A DNA stretch of 63,081 nt, filler included, from Reticulomyxa filosa (GCA_000512085.1; 19 parts of 19 records of this genome joined end to end with filler, not necessarily neighbours in it), one strand, 5' to 3'; shown: positions 25,805 to 40,299, counted from the first letter of the whole stretch. Notes: generated by a model not told the origin, from the sequence alone. Numbers and translations: made by a program.

Positions 25805-27768
25805 TTGCTTTTATATTTTAAAAACAAAAAACATCACAAAAAAAAGGTAATAAGTCATCATATAATTGAACATGAAACCCCACAAGCGAAGAAATACAGT
25901 GTTGATTGGTTTTCATATCACGTTGTATCGAATGAAGATATTAAGAGATTGTCCATTAGTGATATCAAATGGTACGTTTCCATTCTTGAACATTTGATCT
26001 TGAGTTTGAATCTTACAAAACTTGAAGCACAAAGCCACGTTGAACTGGAATGTATCCGACAACATTGGCAAGTTCCACAGACTTTGTTTGAAGTTAAAAA
26101 TTTGTATTATTTTGGTTCAGCTCGTCATTAGTGGTTTTTTATTTTTTTTTTAGGAAAGTTTGGAGTCCTTATTTTCATTCGAGTCAAACACTCCAAAAGA
26201 TATGTTATTTTATCGTTTGGAAATGATTAAACAAATTGCAATGCAAACATCATTCAAAAAAAAAATGGGCTCAGCAAGATGTGAGGATTGGCTCAAACGC
26301 AAAATGGCATTTGTGTTAAGTAGCACTTTGTGGCATTGTTGGAGTGACCACAACAGTTTTGTCAAACGAATAGTAACTCACCTATTGGATACCTTGACAA
26401 GTACTTATCTTTCGCATTTACATTCATTGAAACTGTAATGACTTCCATGCTACCAAAATTTTTTGGTACACCCTCAACCAAGAAGTTATGAGATGGGCGA
26501 ATAGTTTAATCAAATTTCCTTATGACAATATAGGGGTATGTTTTACCTCAAAAAAAAAAATTTAACAAAAAAAATTTGGAGCGTGTTTTTCATTATTACA
26601 GGACAGAGTACATGAACTCGAAATAAATTGGAGCCAGTTCAAAGAGTTACATTTTCTGCCAGCGAAACTTGGTGGAAAACATTATCAAAAAAAATTAGGC
26701 GCAGTTATTTCAGGTATCAATTCAAAAGAACTTTTTCAAAGGGACTATCAACTGGTTATGTAATCACCAAAGTTGAAAGCACTACAACTTCAAGCAAAAA
26801 AGAAGGAGGAAATGAAATCAACATTGATTGGCTATCAATGAGCTATAACAAAATATTGCAACGTATACGTACACTATTGCTAAGTAATCATAACTCTAGT
26901 ATTCGAGTTACTTTTCAATTTTAAACTCGATCATTGATTAATTCATTACTGTTTGAAAGTTTTGAAACTTTGGAAATCCAAGAAAAAATTTTGATGAAAT
27001 ATGTATCTGGTGAGGTCATTTACAATGAGTTGCGACAACTGTTGCTCCAGGGTTTGTATTGCCAACCTGTTAATCAACATCGATGGAAAGACTTACAAAT
27101 TACGGAAAACTTGGAAAACTAGTCGCTCCATTGTTGAAAATGCTTGACGAAAGACAATTTTTTTGTTTGCTAAAAGAGTTGGTCCGTTGTCTTGTCCGTT
27201 GTCTATGTCACGTTTTGACAAATGATACCTCAAGTGTCAAACGAATATGGAAAAAAAGTGATTGTGCAGTTATCATTCAAGATATTCAGTCATTTCACAA
27301 AATGTTTGAAGCCGAATGTCAAAAATTTGAAGGGGCACAATGGTTGAGCAAAAAAATGTGCAGACTATATCATTTGGCGAATTTTACCAGATGAGCCGTA
27401 CTCATTTGCTTGGAAATATATATTTGGAGTTAAAAAATAATTATTTCGACACATTTTGTATTTGTTCAATGAATCATCGATTGTTTGAATACACTACACA
27501 TCCCTTTGATACAACCGCAATTACTTTCACATGCATAAAATGCGCCATCAAGTATCCATTAAAATATGGGATCTATTGCTGTGGTAAAGCAACTTGCCCC
27601 ACTCAGTTGTATTGTTTTGATTGCACAAACCGTTTAATGTGGAAGCAAAACAAGGATGGACAAGTGTCTCACTTCGATGTCATTACAGCACTTACGAATA
27701 GGAAACATGATGACACTATTCATGAATTCTTGAAGCGTGAGATTCCAACATTTCAAATCACATCTTAA
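25805..27768 (+). CDS. Multi-exon hypothetical helical protein with C-terminal Cys-rich zinc-finger-like region; several apparent frameshifts
   Basis: Chain of + ORFs separated by AT-rich GT-AG segments. CSMNH..CIKC..CCGKATC..YCFDC near the end. Confidence 0.5.
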
Positions 27769-28063
27769 TTGTTTCAATAATTTTTAAAAAATAATATATT
27801 TTTTTTTAGAGTAAAAACTGAGTCAAGCTTTTTGTATTCAAATTTGCAATTCAGCATCGGTACAATGAAAAGAAGCAAGCATCTGCAAATGTGTCAGCAC
27901 TAAACAAAAACATAACAATAAATTAAATTTGCAATAAAAAATGCAAAAAGATAACCTCAATTAAAAAAAAACTTTGCACTAAAAAAAAATGTCGGAGCCA
28001 CACATACATGAAACAAGTTTATAAAAAGCAAATTACAAAATACAAACAAATAATATCAAACGT

Positions 28064-29683
28064 TTACGTGTTATAAGATTTGACTTTATTTGATTTTTTG
28101 AACGATTTTGAGTAGGATTGTTTGGACGTGGTGTTTTTTTTATCGATAGGTTTTGACGAGTGTGGACTTGAATTTGAAGTGTTGACTTTGGCATTAGTGT
28201 TGAATTCCGTGTGTTTTTTCGAGTCGGATGTGGTTGCACGCTGCTGGGGTTGTGTTAGTGTTGAAGCAAAGATATCTTGAGAGGTTTGATGAGCGGCACT
28301 GGACTCCTCTGATTGTTCAAAAGTGGCTCCATCTTGTGGATTGGATTGCTCCGTTGTGTTTGCAGCTGCTGTCATCGATATTGTCGTTGCGTTTGGTGTT
28401 TCATAGGTCTCTGCGTCCGTCTTATCTTCGGAGTCAGCTGTCACTTTAGCACCGAGATCAGGCTCCACATTTACAATTTGCTGATATGTGTTGGAGTCGT
28501 GCTTCTCCGCTTTGCTCTCAATTTTTTTGCTCACTTTTATTTCCACTTCAGGCACCGGTTCTAGAATATTTTGAATGTTATTTTTTTCAAATTGTTTCGG
28601 CAAATGCTTTTGCTCTTGTTCAAAGCTTCCAAAATCGTTTATGCTCTATTTATTGTTCATACAACCGTCATGTGCTTAATCGCGTATATACATATATACA
28701 TATATATGTATATATATATATATATATATATGTATACGTATGCATGTAATTGCACATGCATACGCATGCAGTGCGCACCTGCATAATTTCGTTCAATCGT
28801 TTTGGATCAAAGTTCAAATCCACCAAAATCTTCATATTGTCCAGCAAGTTCTGTTGTGCTTGAGCAGGCATATTAGGAGTAAAATCTTCGACATTGTATC
28901 GAAGCCACGACAAAAAGAAATCTGCGGCATTGATATCACCTGGACTTGCAACGGCAGCATCCCTTTCCATGTGCGTTCGCGCTATATCTGCGCCTGCACT
29001 TGCAGCAGTAGCATCAACCTGAGACTCCAACGACAAAGAAGAGGCCCGTGCATGTTCTTCCAATGCACATTGCAGACCCAATGTGACAATATGCGGGATA
29101 TCTTTTTGCGAGTCGAGCCACACGCGACTGGGTATTTTATACGTATCGTCGGGCATGTACACCTGTTGCAAGCACCGCGTCACCTGTTGCAGGACATAGT
29201 TTTTTCGTTTGGACACGTCTTTCCAATCCAACATGTGTTCGTCAATCGGGTCTGTCAATCCGTCGTTCAAAGACGCAGCTGCATGCATAGTGTCACCCAC
29301 TGTTGCAGTGTCGCACATGCGTTGTTGTTGTTGTTGTTGACGTATACCGTGGACATACTCACACCTCTCCTTGCACGTGTTCAAGACGTCCATGTGTTGC
29401 AAGAGCAGACGACCCTTGAGCAGCAAGGCCTTGTCTTTTGCATCTTTCAAGCGATTCCATTGTCGCAAGTTGGCATTGCACTGACGCGCCCAAAACGCTC
29501 GCACTTGTTGGTCACAGCGCTCGATTTCGAGTCGTACATGCTCGCACGTGCGTTCCCATTGCTCCAAGTCCTTGCAGTTCTTTTCATACTCGGCAAAGTA
29601 AAAGTCGAGCGACTTAATGAGCAACTCCACCGCAATGCGTTCGTATGGGTCCATCGCAATTGTCGGCGTATTGCCTTGCATCA

Positions 29684-29714
<31 letters not shown>
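28064..29714 (-). CDS. Coiled-coil protein with possible Dpy-30-like motif and low-complexity tail; exons >29714..28779 and 28645..28064
   Basis: A phase-0 intron at 28778-28646 containing (TA)n joins two long ORFs. PHIVTLGLQCALEE...AADFFLSWLRYN. Confidence 0.65.
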
Positions 29715-29814
29715 NNNNNNNNNNNNNNNNNNNNNNNNNNNNNNNNNNNNNNNNNNNNTTAATTAATTAANNNNNNNNNNNNNNNNNNNNNNNNNNNNNN
29801 NNNNNNNNNNNNNN

Positions 29815-30947
29815 TCCCTGAGTGTTTAGTCCATGGGAAAGAGGACGCAACAAATAACTTTGCCCGAGGTCATTGTACAATCGGTAAACAAATTATCGAT
29901 AAAGTAAATGACCGATTGAGAAAGTTGGTTAACAACTGTGACAACGTGATGGACTTTGTAATTGGACACAGTGTATGCGGAGGCACTGGCTCAGGGTTGG
30001 GCGCCTTAAGTTTGGAACGTTTGGCGGTTGATTATAGAAAGAAGACAAAAATTAGCTTTGAGATATACCCTTCACCAAATTTGTCCACATGCGTAGCAGA
30101 ACCTTATAATGCGTTGTTGGCGATGCATTGGTTGTTGGGCCACACGGAAGTTTCTTTGTCATTAGATAACAAGGCCATTTATGGGATCTGCCAAAAACAA
30201 TGCGAATTGCCAAACCAGATGTAGATAACTTAAACAAATTAATTTCGAAAGTTATCTCCGCCATGACCGCGTCTTTGCGATTTAGCGGTGAATTAATGTA
30301 GATTTGAACGAGTTTCAAACGAACTTAGTACCTTTCACTCGTTTACACTTTATGACTACTGTGGAATGGGCCTAATTATTCCAAAAATTGACGTATCAAC
30401 CGCGCCAAACGATATCCAAAAAATAACAGATAACTGTTTTAAGCCAGCAATTGGTTTGTGAAATAAAATGAATTTGATCCAGCTGAAGATAAATACATGG
30501 CCATTTCTTTAAATTATAGTGGTGACATAAAATCGAAAGAAGCAAATGCAACTGTCCAATGGTTAAAATCAAATAATAAAATCACATTAGTCGAGTGGTG
30601 TCCAACTGGCTTTAAGATTGGATTTAATGATGTACCAGCAGTAACTTTAGAATCTGATGATATTGGAGCATTTAGTAAAAATGCAGTAACGATTGCCAAC
30701 AACACAGGCATTTCTCGAGTATTGAGTAAACACATTGCTCGAAGTATGATATTATGTACTCCCAAGAGCATTTGTGCATTGGACGTAGGAAAAGGAATGG
30801 AAGGAGAATTTGCTGAAGCAGTGAAGATTTAGGCTTTTTGGAAAAGATTATTTGGACGTGTTGAGTGAACAACTAACCGATGATATGGGAGGTGACAACG
30901 CTGGCGATGACGCAGGTGATAATGACAATCAAAACTTTTTGTCGTGA
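29815..30947 (+). pseudogene. Divergent alpha-tubulin pseudogene
   Basis: [58 protein letters not shown]. Multiple frameshifts and substitutions at invariant residues. Confidence 0.92.
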
Positions 30948-33002
30948 AAATGAAGTGGTGTAAATTAATCTGATGAAATTTTTTTGAATGCCATTGGCCA
31001 GAAAAGGGTAAATGGCTTTCTTTTTAAATTCAAGTCCAATCTTTTCGAATGAAATATTTTCGCAAATTTTCAAAAGTGTACCAGTTTTTAGTTTGTTGAA
31101 ATATCTTAAGAAAATTTTTTTAAATCGTTTTGAGTTGACTTTTATCCCTTTAAGTCAATTGATATAGTGAGATAAATACTGTCGAATTAATGTTTTATAC
31201 GTTATCCTTTACAAAAACAAAAACCGTACTTTAAACGCATACAAAAATAAACTATACGTATCGATTATTATTTCGTTTGATGCAAAGCTATCCAAAAAAT
31301 GTTCAACAGTTGTAATAATGAAAAAAGAAAAAAGCAATTGCGAAATAAAGTGTTACATGATCGCCTAAACAATCAAAAAATATATCCAAATACTCTTGGA
31401 TGTAGATCTCTTCTGTTACTTCTGATGTCTTGGATAACTGTGGATTTTTTTTAATTTTCTTTTTGGTTTTTGTGTCGTTTTTTGGCTTTTATCACTTTTT
31501 TTTTTGCTTTAAACTTGAGAAAGCAAGGGTTTTAAGCCAGGGACCTCAGTGAACAACATTTTTGATCAAATCCATCTATCTTGTTTGATCTCCAAAGATT
31601 ATGTATGAACTTTGTAATTTTTACGACAATATAGCTAGAAAAACGTGTTATCTATCAGAGCAACCTATCAACACAACATGTCAATACAACAAACCAACAC
31701 AACACATCAGCGCAATATATCAATGCAATTAAAGGTAAAATATATTGAAGAATGCTAGATTGAATACAACAGTAAAGTTGAAAGCGCTTTAGGACATTGT
31801 CAAAAAAAGCGAGGGAACACTTTCTTAGCAGAGCTGTAATGTTGGTCTTGCATCATGGGCAACATGATCGAAGCGACTCTGTTTTGTCTTTTGTGACTTC
31901 GTTTTCTTTTCCTTGTGACTTGAATTTTTTTTTTTTTGACGAGATAGGAGCTGTTCGCGACTTGGAAAGTGTATTCAAAGCGGTAGACATTTATTTTTTA
32001 TGTTTTTATGTGTTTCTTATCTTCATTTGTGGTTGTTTTTGTTGATTTGATCGTTCCTTCTTTTGACAAACTTTTTTTTAATAAAAAAAAATTTGTTTCA
32101 AATTCAACTGACAGTTTCCACGCAACTGTTGATGCTTTCTCGAGAAGTGAATTTATTCCAATCTTTCTTTCTTCAGATAGAATTAATGTTGCACCGATAT
32201 CAGAATTGTCTGCCATTTTTCTGTTAAATAAAAGCTATTGAATTATTGACGAAACAAGAAATATTTTTTTTATAATATGGCATCCAAAAGAAAAGAATGT
32301 GGAAAAAANNNNNNNNNNNNNNNNNNNNNNNNNNNNNNNNNNNNNNNNNNNNTTAATTAATTAANNNNNNNNNNNNNNNNNNNNNNNNNNNNNNNNNNNN
32401 NNNNNNNNTTTCTCCACGAAAAATAAAGATTTAAACATAATTTTTTTAAAAATATAATGTATTTATTAACTAGTAGTCATACATACAGATATTAATAATT
32501 GTAAGCGGTCACTATATATTACATCAAATATTGTCCTATTTATATTTGCTCTGCAATGGCAGTCACAAACGATTAACGTTTTGTAAGTGTGATTGTCATA
32601 TATTGAACATTATTGTCAATGATATAACACCAGTTTAAGATGAATACATAAGAGCACATAGTGGTTGGATCAATCTATGTAATTGGGGGGGTTCTATGTT
32701 AAGTCTTAACGCTGTTACTAGTCAGTAATCAGAGCATATGGGTATAGATATAGATTACAATACCATCATATTGTAGGGTAAACCCTATTATACAAGTTCA
32801 AATAAAGGAACTGTGGGTTAAACCTTCTTAACAACACAACTCACTTTGTCTAGTTCTTTAGTTGTTTCCTTTCATTGTGTTGCAATTATTTTCGTTAATT
32901 TACTTTCTTTTTCCTGAAATTACTTTTCGGAACTAAGTTTCCTTTTGTATTACACAGTATCCTAAATTTTTTTTAAATAATATATACTGATCGTATAGAA
33001 TC

Positions 33003-33096
33003 AAGAACGTATTTGGCTTTTAATAAAAGTGTAGAAAATAATATAAAAATTGATCAATTTTCTTATGTACTTTTATTAAAAGCCAAATACATTCTT
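33003..33096. repeat. Inverted repeat (hairpin) with 28-bp arms
   Basis: 33003-33030 and 33069-33096 are reverse complements at 27 of 28 positions. Confidence 0.9.
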
Positions 33097-33444
33097 ATGC
33101 ATAGATATTACTAAAAAAGAATTTCGAATAAATGTTGATTTTTCATGAAGAAACACATGACCGTTCATAGTGGTATTCAAAGTTAAGAAACTTATTATTG
33201 ATTGGTTTCGATCGTATTTGTGAATTAGTTCGTTATGAATTTTGATGTAGTTTTATGTGTAAAAATAGAAATCAATGCACATCTAATACCCCAACAAACC
33301 GTTAAATAAATAAAATAAACAAACAAAATAAATAAACAAAAATTTTGAATATTGACTATGAAAAAAAGCACAATTTGTCAAAATCATACACCAATTTTGA
33401 GATTAATGTAAATCATTTTCTACAATTCACTTCTTTCTCAATTT

Positions 33445-36203
33445 TTATTCTTCATCACTTGCGCCCTTTTGTCCAAAATTTTTTGATGGATTATTTAAGA
33501 TTGGAACGCTATTATTGGTTTGAAATGAAGGCATAGAGACAGCAGGTGAGACCAATATATTTTCATTTGCTACACGAGAAGAAGAAGCAGAGGTAGTTTT
33601 TTGTTCGCTTGGCTTGGAAAATCTCTGGTTTATCTGGTTGAATTTTGTTTTTAGTTCTTTATATTTGTTCTTTGCAAAATCTCTTTGTGATCGCAATTTT
33701 TGTGCCTTGGCAGTAATTTTTTCAATTTCAGCTTGCTTATTTTTTACTGTCTCTTCCAACGTCAAAATATGATTATTTTCTTTTTGATCACTTTGGCTTA
33801 TTCTGTAAGATGATACACAAATCAACAAAAAAAAAAATGTGCAAAATTCTAACAAAAGTTAAGAAACATACAATTTTGTGGAAAAAATATTGCGCTCCGA
33901 TTCTAGTTGGCTCACACGAGTTGTTTGTTGCTGAACCTCCATTTGTAATTGCTCTTTTTCTCGAGACAAACTTTGGCTGTACAAGAAAGAAGTGTTTGCA
34001 TAGCACACAAAAGCAAGCTTTTCAGAGTAAACAAAATGCAAGAAAAGAATATTTACCATGTCGCCTGTGCATTTCCTAATGTCAGCTGCAGCCGCTGCAT
34101 CTCTAATTGCAGTTGTTTATTCTTTTGTTCGCATTCCTTCAACTTACGTGTCAAGGTTTCACGTTCATCTTGAACAGATCGCAGCTGTTTGTGAAGATCA
34201 TTTTCAACATTTTGATTATATTGTTCCAAAGGTCTTCGATTACTTAAAGAATCCATTAGTCTTTGATTCTCTTGCTCAGGCTTTTCAATGGACACGGCGT
34301 TGTCTTTGTCCGTTTGTGGACGCTTCCAAGACAAAGGAGACGCCTTTCCACCGTCCAGCAACTTGTCTGCTTGAGTGACTTGTTGTCTTGCCAAATTGAG
34401 TTTCTGGTCATAATTTTCAAAGTCCATTTCCAACTCTTCTTGTTTCTTCTTGAAGCTTTCCAAATGCTTTGACTTATTGGTCAATTGTAACTACGCAAGA
34501 AAACACACATACATTCGAACATGTATACGTCCATATGCCCTTACAAAGAAGAAACCTTTTGCTATCAATGCATTTGTATTCTTTTTGCGTACGCACGTAT
34601 ATAAACAAACCTTTAAGTCCGCAATTTCTGTACGTAAGTCACTGTTTTCTTTGGCCAAGTGTTCTAATTGGTGTGTATTCTTCATGGAAACTTGATTCAA
34701 TTGCCTGTGCTTTTCTTCGTATTTATGGCACTGTTGTCGAAGAATATCGCCACGATTTGTGACGGAAGCAATTTGAGCGATCAATTGACGCAAGTAGGAA
34801 GGCACGTTTGCGCTCGAGTACGTCGGTTGAACGTGTTCATTGGCAAAAGAGGCGCTCGTAAACTCGAATACGCCAGAAGTTTCTAAATCTTTCAATTCCA
34901 ATTTTTCTTTCAAACGACCGACCGCCTCATCCAAGGCTTTCATTAATTTTTCAATGGAAGTATCGTTACTCGACAGTGTCTTCTGCACATTGACCAAATC
35001 GCGTTTCACAGTTTCGTATTGTTTAGAGAGTTTCTCAGCATTCTGGACTTCTCGAGCGCTTGTGTCTTTCAATTTTTGATTGAGTGCGCGGAGTTGCGCA
35101 TCTTTTTCTTTCACAGATTGTTGGAGCTGCTTTAATTCTTTCCATTTCTCTTTTCTGCGTGAATAATGAAGTTGAGCCTTGTCACGAAGTTTCAGTTGTT
35201 CATTTTTGCTTTCGTCGAGTTGCTTTTGCATTTGTTCAAGTTGTCGCACGAGATCCTGGTTTTGCGCTTGATAGCCCTTCAACAGTTCATTTGCTTTCAC
35301 CAATTGCTGATACTTTTTCAATGTCTCTTCCAATTGGCTGTCCATACCATTCACTTTTGTGTCGTGCAGACGTTGCAACTCCTTCAACTCAACATCCACC
35401 GACATTTTTTGCTGCAATGCATTTTCCATTCTCGTTTGGCAATCTTTAATCATTTTTGCTTGTTTTTCGGTCAATTCTTGGTTCATCTGATTTATCCATA
35501 ATTTATTTTATTTTATTTTATTTTATTCAGTTTGTGTAGTTTCATTGACATAATAAACAAGTACGTATACACATATAAATTGTTGAAACTGAATGCAATT
35601 TTTTATTCTCTTGTTTGGTGTTTTCAAGCTGTTCCATGACATCATTGAGCTGTTCTTCAATATCATTTCTTTGTTTGCCATGTGTGGACAGTTCATCTTT
35701 GGCCAGCTGCAATTGGTTATGCAGATTGTCTCTTTCGGTGGTCAATTCAGTCACTCGAGCTGTGGATTGCTCCAATTTGTTTTCCAGCTCTTTTTTATCA
35801 TTTTCAAAAGTGCTGAGATTGGTTTTCATGGATTCAATGTCTTGTTTCAACTGCGTGTGTATCTGTTCGTATTTTTCACGGGCGCTCGCTTCTTTTTGAG
35901 TCCACATTTTTTTGAGTTGATCCAATTCTTGTTCCAACTCTTGGCGTTTTTTCTCCTTTTCGTCAAGCTCTCCTTCCTTTTGTTTCAGCTGCACCATTAG
36001 CTGCTCGATTTCTTCTGACAACTTTACCCGTACATTATTTAGTTTTGCGACTGTGACATTCGTCGCATTCATTTTTTCGGTGTAGTGTTGTTTTGTGTTC
36101 GCAATTCGCTTTTCATATTTGTCTTTCAAACGTTCTAGCAATTCATTCAATTTCTTCACATGGTGTCCGTCATCAGTTGTGCTTTTTGCTGTCAATTCAA
36201 ACT
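33445..36203 (-). CDS. Long coiled-coil protein, at least 4 exons, 5'-partial
   Basis: E/K/Q/L heptad-rich ORFs 35542-36219, 34491-35486, 34053-34484 and 33445-33855, separated by short AT-rich introns. Confidence 0.8.
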
Positions 36204-36392
36204 TAGCCCAAACGCACAAAAAAAAAAAAAAACGTATACTTTTTTTTTTTTNNNNNNNNNNNNNNNNNNNNNNNNNNNNNNNNNNNNNNNNNNNNTTAAT
36301 TAATTAANNNNNNNNNNNNNNNNNNNNNNNNNNNNNNNNNNNNNNNNNNNNTATGTATATATTGTAACAAAAAACAATAATATAAAAGAAAC

Positions 36393-38073
36393 TCAACAGT
36401 CATTTATTTTGCCCGGACTGACTCGCTTATCGTCTTGCAGGATTGGCAACGGAGGAAATGGGGACGATGAGATGGTATGTTGGGACTGCGTGTGTACCAG
36501 ATCTGTGTTCGTTTTCAAGAGAGGAATCCCCGTTTCACTTGAGGGATGTTCGATCTCGGAGCCATCTACAGTGTGAGCTTTTTTCCGATATCCATTGACT
36601 CTGGCATTGTGCGCTTTCGCTGCAATAGCTGATATGACCGAGGGATTGGTGGTCCTAGGGATCGACGTGTATTGTCCATACTTGTTGCCACTTTTCGACT
36701 TTTCGATGGACGGCTTCACATTGTTGCCGGTGGTATTATTGAGCACATCTCGATGCATGTTCAAAGAACTGGTGTTGGAAATGAGACTGTTATTGCTGCG
36801 GAAGGTGCCAAAGTCCTCACTCAACATGACAAACTCGGAGCCAAGGGACGTGGTCGACTCTTTGTCGCCCAGTTCGGGACGAATGTCTTCGCCAAAGCCA
36901 ATGGCGCTGGAAATCGAGGGTTGATATGTGAACGCCCCTTTTTCCGAGTGCTGCTCATGCAGCCGTTGCGAGGGGTGCGATCCATTGGAATCGTCGGAAG
37001 GGGAGATCAGACTCAAGTGTCGTTTCCGAGGGGTCTCCACGCAACTGTCGTTATCGAACTGGAGTGAAGATACTCCACTTTTCGTCAGTTTGGGACGTTG
37101 CGATACCTCCATAAAGTAGTGTCGGTCCATAGTGGCCGTGGTGGATATTGAATACGTATCGTCCAGTTGGGGTTGGTCTGCTTCGTCATGCTTTTGAGAA
37201 TGCGTCGTGTGATCATTGCCGGTGGATTGATTGCTGTGCCATCCTCCTTCTTCCCCTCCTTCTCTTCCTTCTCCTCCTCCTCCTCCTCCTCCTCCTCTTC
37301 CACTACTACCACCATCACCACCACCGCCATGGGCTTGATCCCCAAATTCGGCCAGTGGAGTAATACTCCCACGACTTTCTATTGTGTGGAGAATGTCGGT
37401 GTTGTGCTTGACGTCCTCACTAAACTCCTTGCTTTCCAATATCTCCTTCTGCGCTTCCTTTGATCGGAACCTCTCCAAGTTGTGTTCTTGTTCCGTGTCC
37501 GTCTCTTCATTGCTCGGCAAGTTTTGAATGGTACTGTTCAAGTGACTAATTGCCGCACTGCTCGTGACACTGGGCGTCGCACTCCCCGATGCAGTTGGGG
37601 TACTAAATCCATACGTTGATTTTTCATGTGCGATTCATTTATCTGTTGTATTGTATTCATTTGAATAAGAAATGGAGAGGACCATATATATATATATACA
37701 TATATATATGTATATCTGTATATATGCACATATTTATTTATATAATTTTTTTAAATAATCATACCATGTCACTTGACTGCTTAAGCCTTGGCACTTGAAT
37801 AAACTTGCTCTCATTATCAATACTCTTGATAACAGGCAATGGCTCTCCTTTCTTTTGCAACGACAAACGCTTGGCGGGCATTAAGCCTATAGGCTCTTCT
37901 TTTTTTTCCAAGTCATGCAGCTTTTTTTTCAACTGCTCGTCCACTCTCGGCTTGAATTCCTGTTCTCTTTCTGTTGAACGCGTCCACGGCGAATAGCCAC
38001 TTGTCTCTTTGTCACTGTCGCTGTCCTGTTTCTCATTTTCATTGTCATCATCATCATCATCATCATCATCACC

Positions 38074-38104
<31 letters not shown>

Positions 38105-38393
38105 CCATCATCATTATTATCATCGTCATTGTCATCATTGTCATCATGTTCGTCTTCTTCATTCCCTTCTGCTATCGTATCTTCATTGCCATTATCAGCA
38201 TCGAAATCGTCCGCCTTGTTCGCTTCCTTCGCTCCTCCATTTTTATTCTTCTCGAGATCATCACCGCTGTTGTGATCATCTTTTGGAACGGGCTTTTGGA
38301 AATTTTTTTTTCGTTTGTCGAAAGTTTAAATCGAGCGGGTGGAAGAGTGTTTGATTGTTCGTGTTGTTCTTTTTCTTTTTCTTTTTCTTTTTC
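36393..38393 (-). CDS. Low-complexity, probably disordered protein (Asp tract, Gly tract, Ser-rich); internal fragment
   Basis: 382-aa ORF plus an upstream exon in which (CAT)n at 38047-38140 encodes poly-Asp. (TA)n intron near 37680-37760. Confidence 0.65.
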
Positions 38394-38493
38394 NNNNNNN
38401 NNNNNNNNNNNNNNNNNNNNNNNNNNNNNNNNNNNNNTTAATTAATTAANNNNNNNNNNNNNNNNNNNNNNNNNNNNNNNNNNNNNNNNNNNN

Positions 38494-39214
38494 ACGCTGT
38501 CTTTGTGGGTGTTATCGAGGTGGTGATGGAAGGGATTGACGTCGGAGACAATGTTGTTGACGCTGTAGACGGAGTATGCGTAGTCGGAAGTTGCGTCGGA
38601 ACTCGGGTTGGAGTATGGGTCGAATTTGGGATGGACTGTTTCATGGTCGGAGGGAGACTCGGAAATTTGGTCGATAGTTTTGTGCTTGGTGACTTTGTCG
38701 GAACATTAATGGGTGCTTTGGTCGGGGGTTTACTGGGCTGCTTAGTGGGTTGTTTTGAAGGTTGTTTCGAGGGTTGTTTTGAAGGATATCTTGTAGTTGG
38801 TAATTTACTTGGATATTGAGTTGGAGGCTTTGTAGGTTTTTTTGTGGGCATCTTCGTTGGTGGATTGGTCGGACTTTGCGTTGGAATTTGAGTATACGGA
38901 CATGCATCTTGGGAATACGTACCCAACCTCAGGTGAAAGCATTCGTGATTGGTCATTATCGCCCATTGCATTTTAAAGTAGAGATAACATAAAAGCGTCA
39001 CGTCCTGCGAACCTGCAAGCACTTGCTTAGTTGTCGTACCTCCGGCTTGGATAGTCAAGTTCTGCGACACACCTGCTATCGTCAAGGTGCAAGCGGCTAC
39101 CACGTCTGCTTTCACTGAAACGATATAATAATGTGCTCCCGAATGCGCAACAGGCCACAGACAAATAAAAATTGTCGTCAGTGCCAACATCCATGGGTAC
39201 AAAGTTGACAACAT
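38494..39214 (-). CDS. Secreted or surface protein: signal peptide, small Cys-containing domain, PTxxPT mucin-like stalk; 3'-partial
   Basis: MLSTLYPWMLALTTIFICLWPVAHS leader, then PTQSPTNPPTKMPTKKPT repeats. Confidence 0.82.
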
Positions 39215-40299
39215 TGTTCTCTGTTTCTCTTCAACTTTTTGCACACCAGACAAAAATTTTTTAAAATGCAAAGCGCACTAAACAACAGTACAAAATTTAC
39301 AATAAATAAAACACATTTGATTATTTACAAAAATTTTAAAAGATAAATAAAACGAGAATTTTTTTTCACAGTCGCAACGATGAAAGACGGTATGGAAAGA
39401 GAGAGATCATATATTGCAGTTAAAAGGAAGAAACAAGTTGATAAAATTTTTAAAAGGAAAATGTTTTGTTGATTCTAACTAAATAAATTCATTTTACCAG
39501 AACATAAGACAAAGCCTGAAACTCTTGGTTTTCATATAATAGGGTATCCCTTTTTTTTTCTCCCCCATGTGATCAATGAAAGTTTGCATGCTTTGTAAGG
39601 TGTTCAAAGTTAGTGCAAGATTTGTCCCATGTTTACATTGCGTTTGACGCAACACAAACAAAGATTACATATTTCTTTTTTACACATTCGTACAATTTTT
39701 TTTAACGACAAAAAAGTTTCTTTTTAAATCGCACTGCCGTTCCATCCTTCGAATAAAATTTAACTTTGCTACGATATTAGATTCAAAACGATGATTATAG
39801 TAAATCTAATCATATTCGATTGCAAAAGACTTCGTCTACACTTGCTTTACCATAAATAGATTAATGTATACATAGTTACTTTATTTTAAAAATAACTTTA
39901 TATTAACAAAGTTATCAAGATAAAAACGACATGAAAATTAACTAAAATAATGTTTGATATTAAATTATTAAACAATATATGACCTACAAGATAATTTAGT
40001 CTATTGTAATTTAAACATATAATCATTTTGCTGTTTATTCAAGATTAGTCTTCTATAGAATACAATTTCATCTTTCTTTAAATTGTGTGTTGAATTAATT
40101 TTTTCTATTATCAGTTCATTTTTTCCTTTTATGTCAAACAATTTTCTTTATTGAATTGTAGCATCAATTGATCATATTGCCAACATAGAACAGAAACGAT
40201 ATATTTATTATTTTATTATTTGTATAATATAAGATTTAATTCGTCAATCATTTTAAATTTGAGTTTTTGATTTAAAGTTCTTGTTTTCAGATGATATAA

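Noticed and set aside
28740-29762. 340-aa + strand ORF and similar long shadow ORFs (e.g. 11141-11680, 49636-50187, 35593-36000)
   Set aside because: They lie antisense to better-supported genes and show no motifs.
31400-32216. Decayed - strand coding-like region after the tubulin pseudogene
   Set aside because: Multiple stops and no family that I can support.
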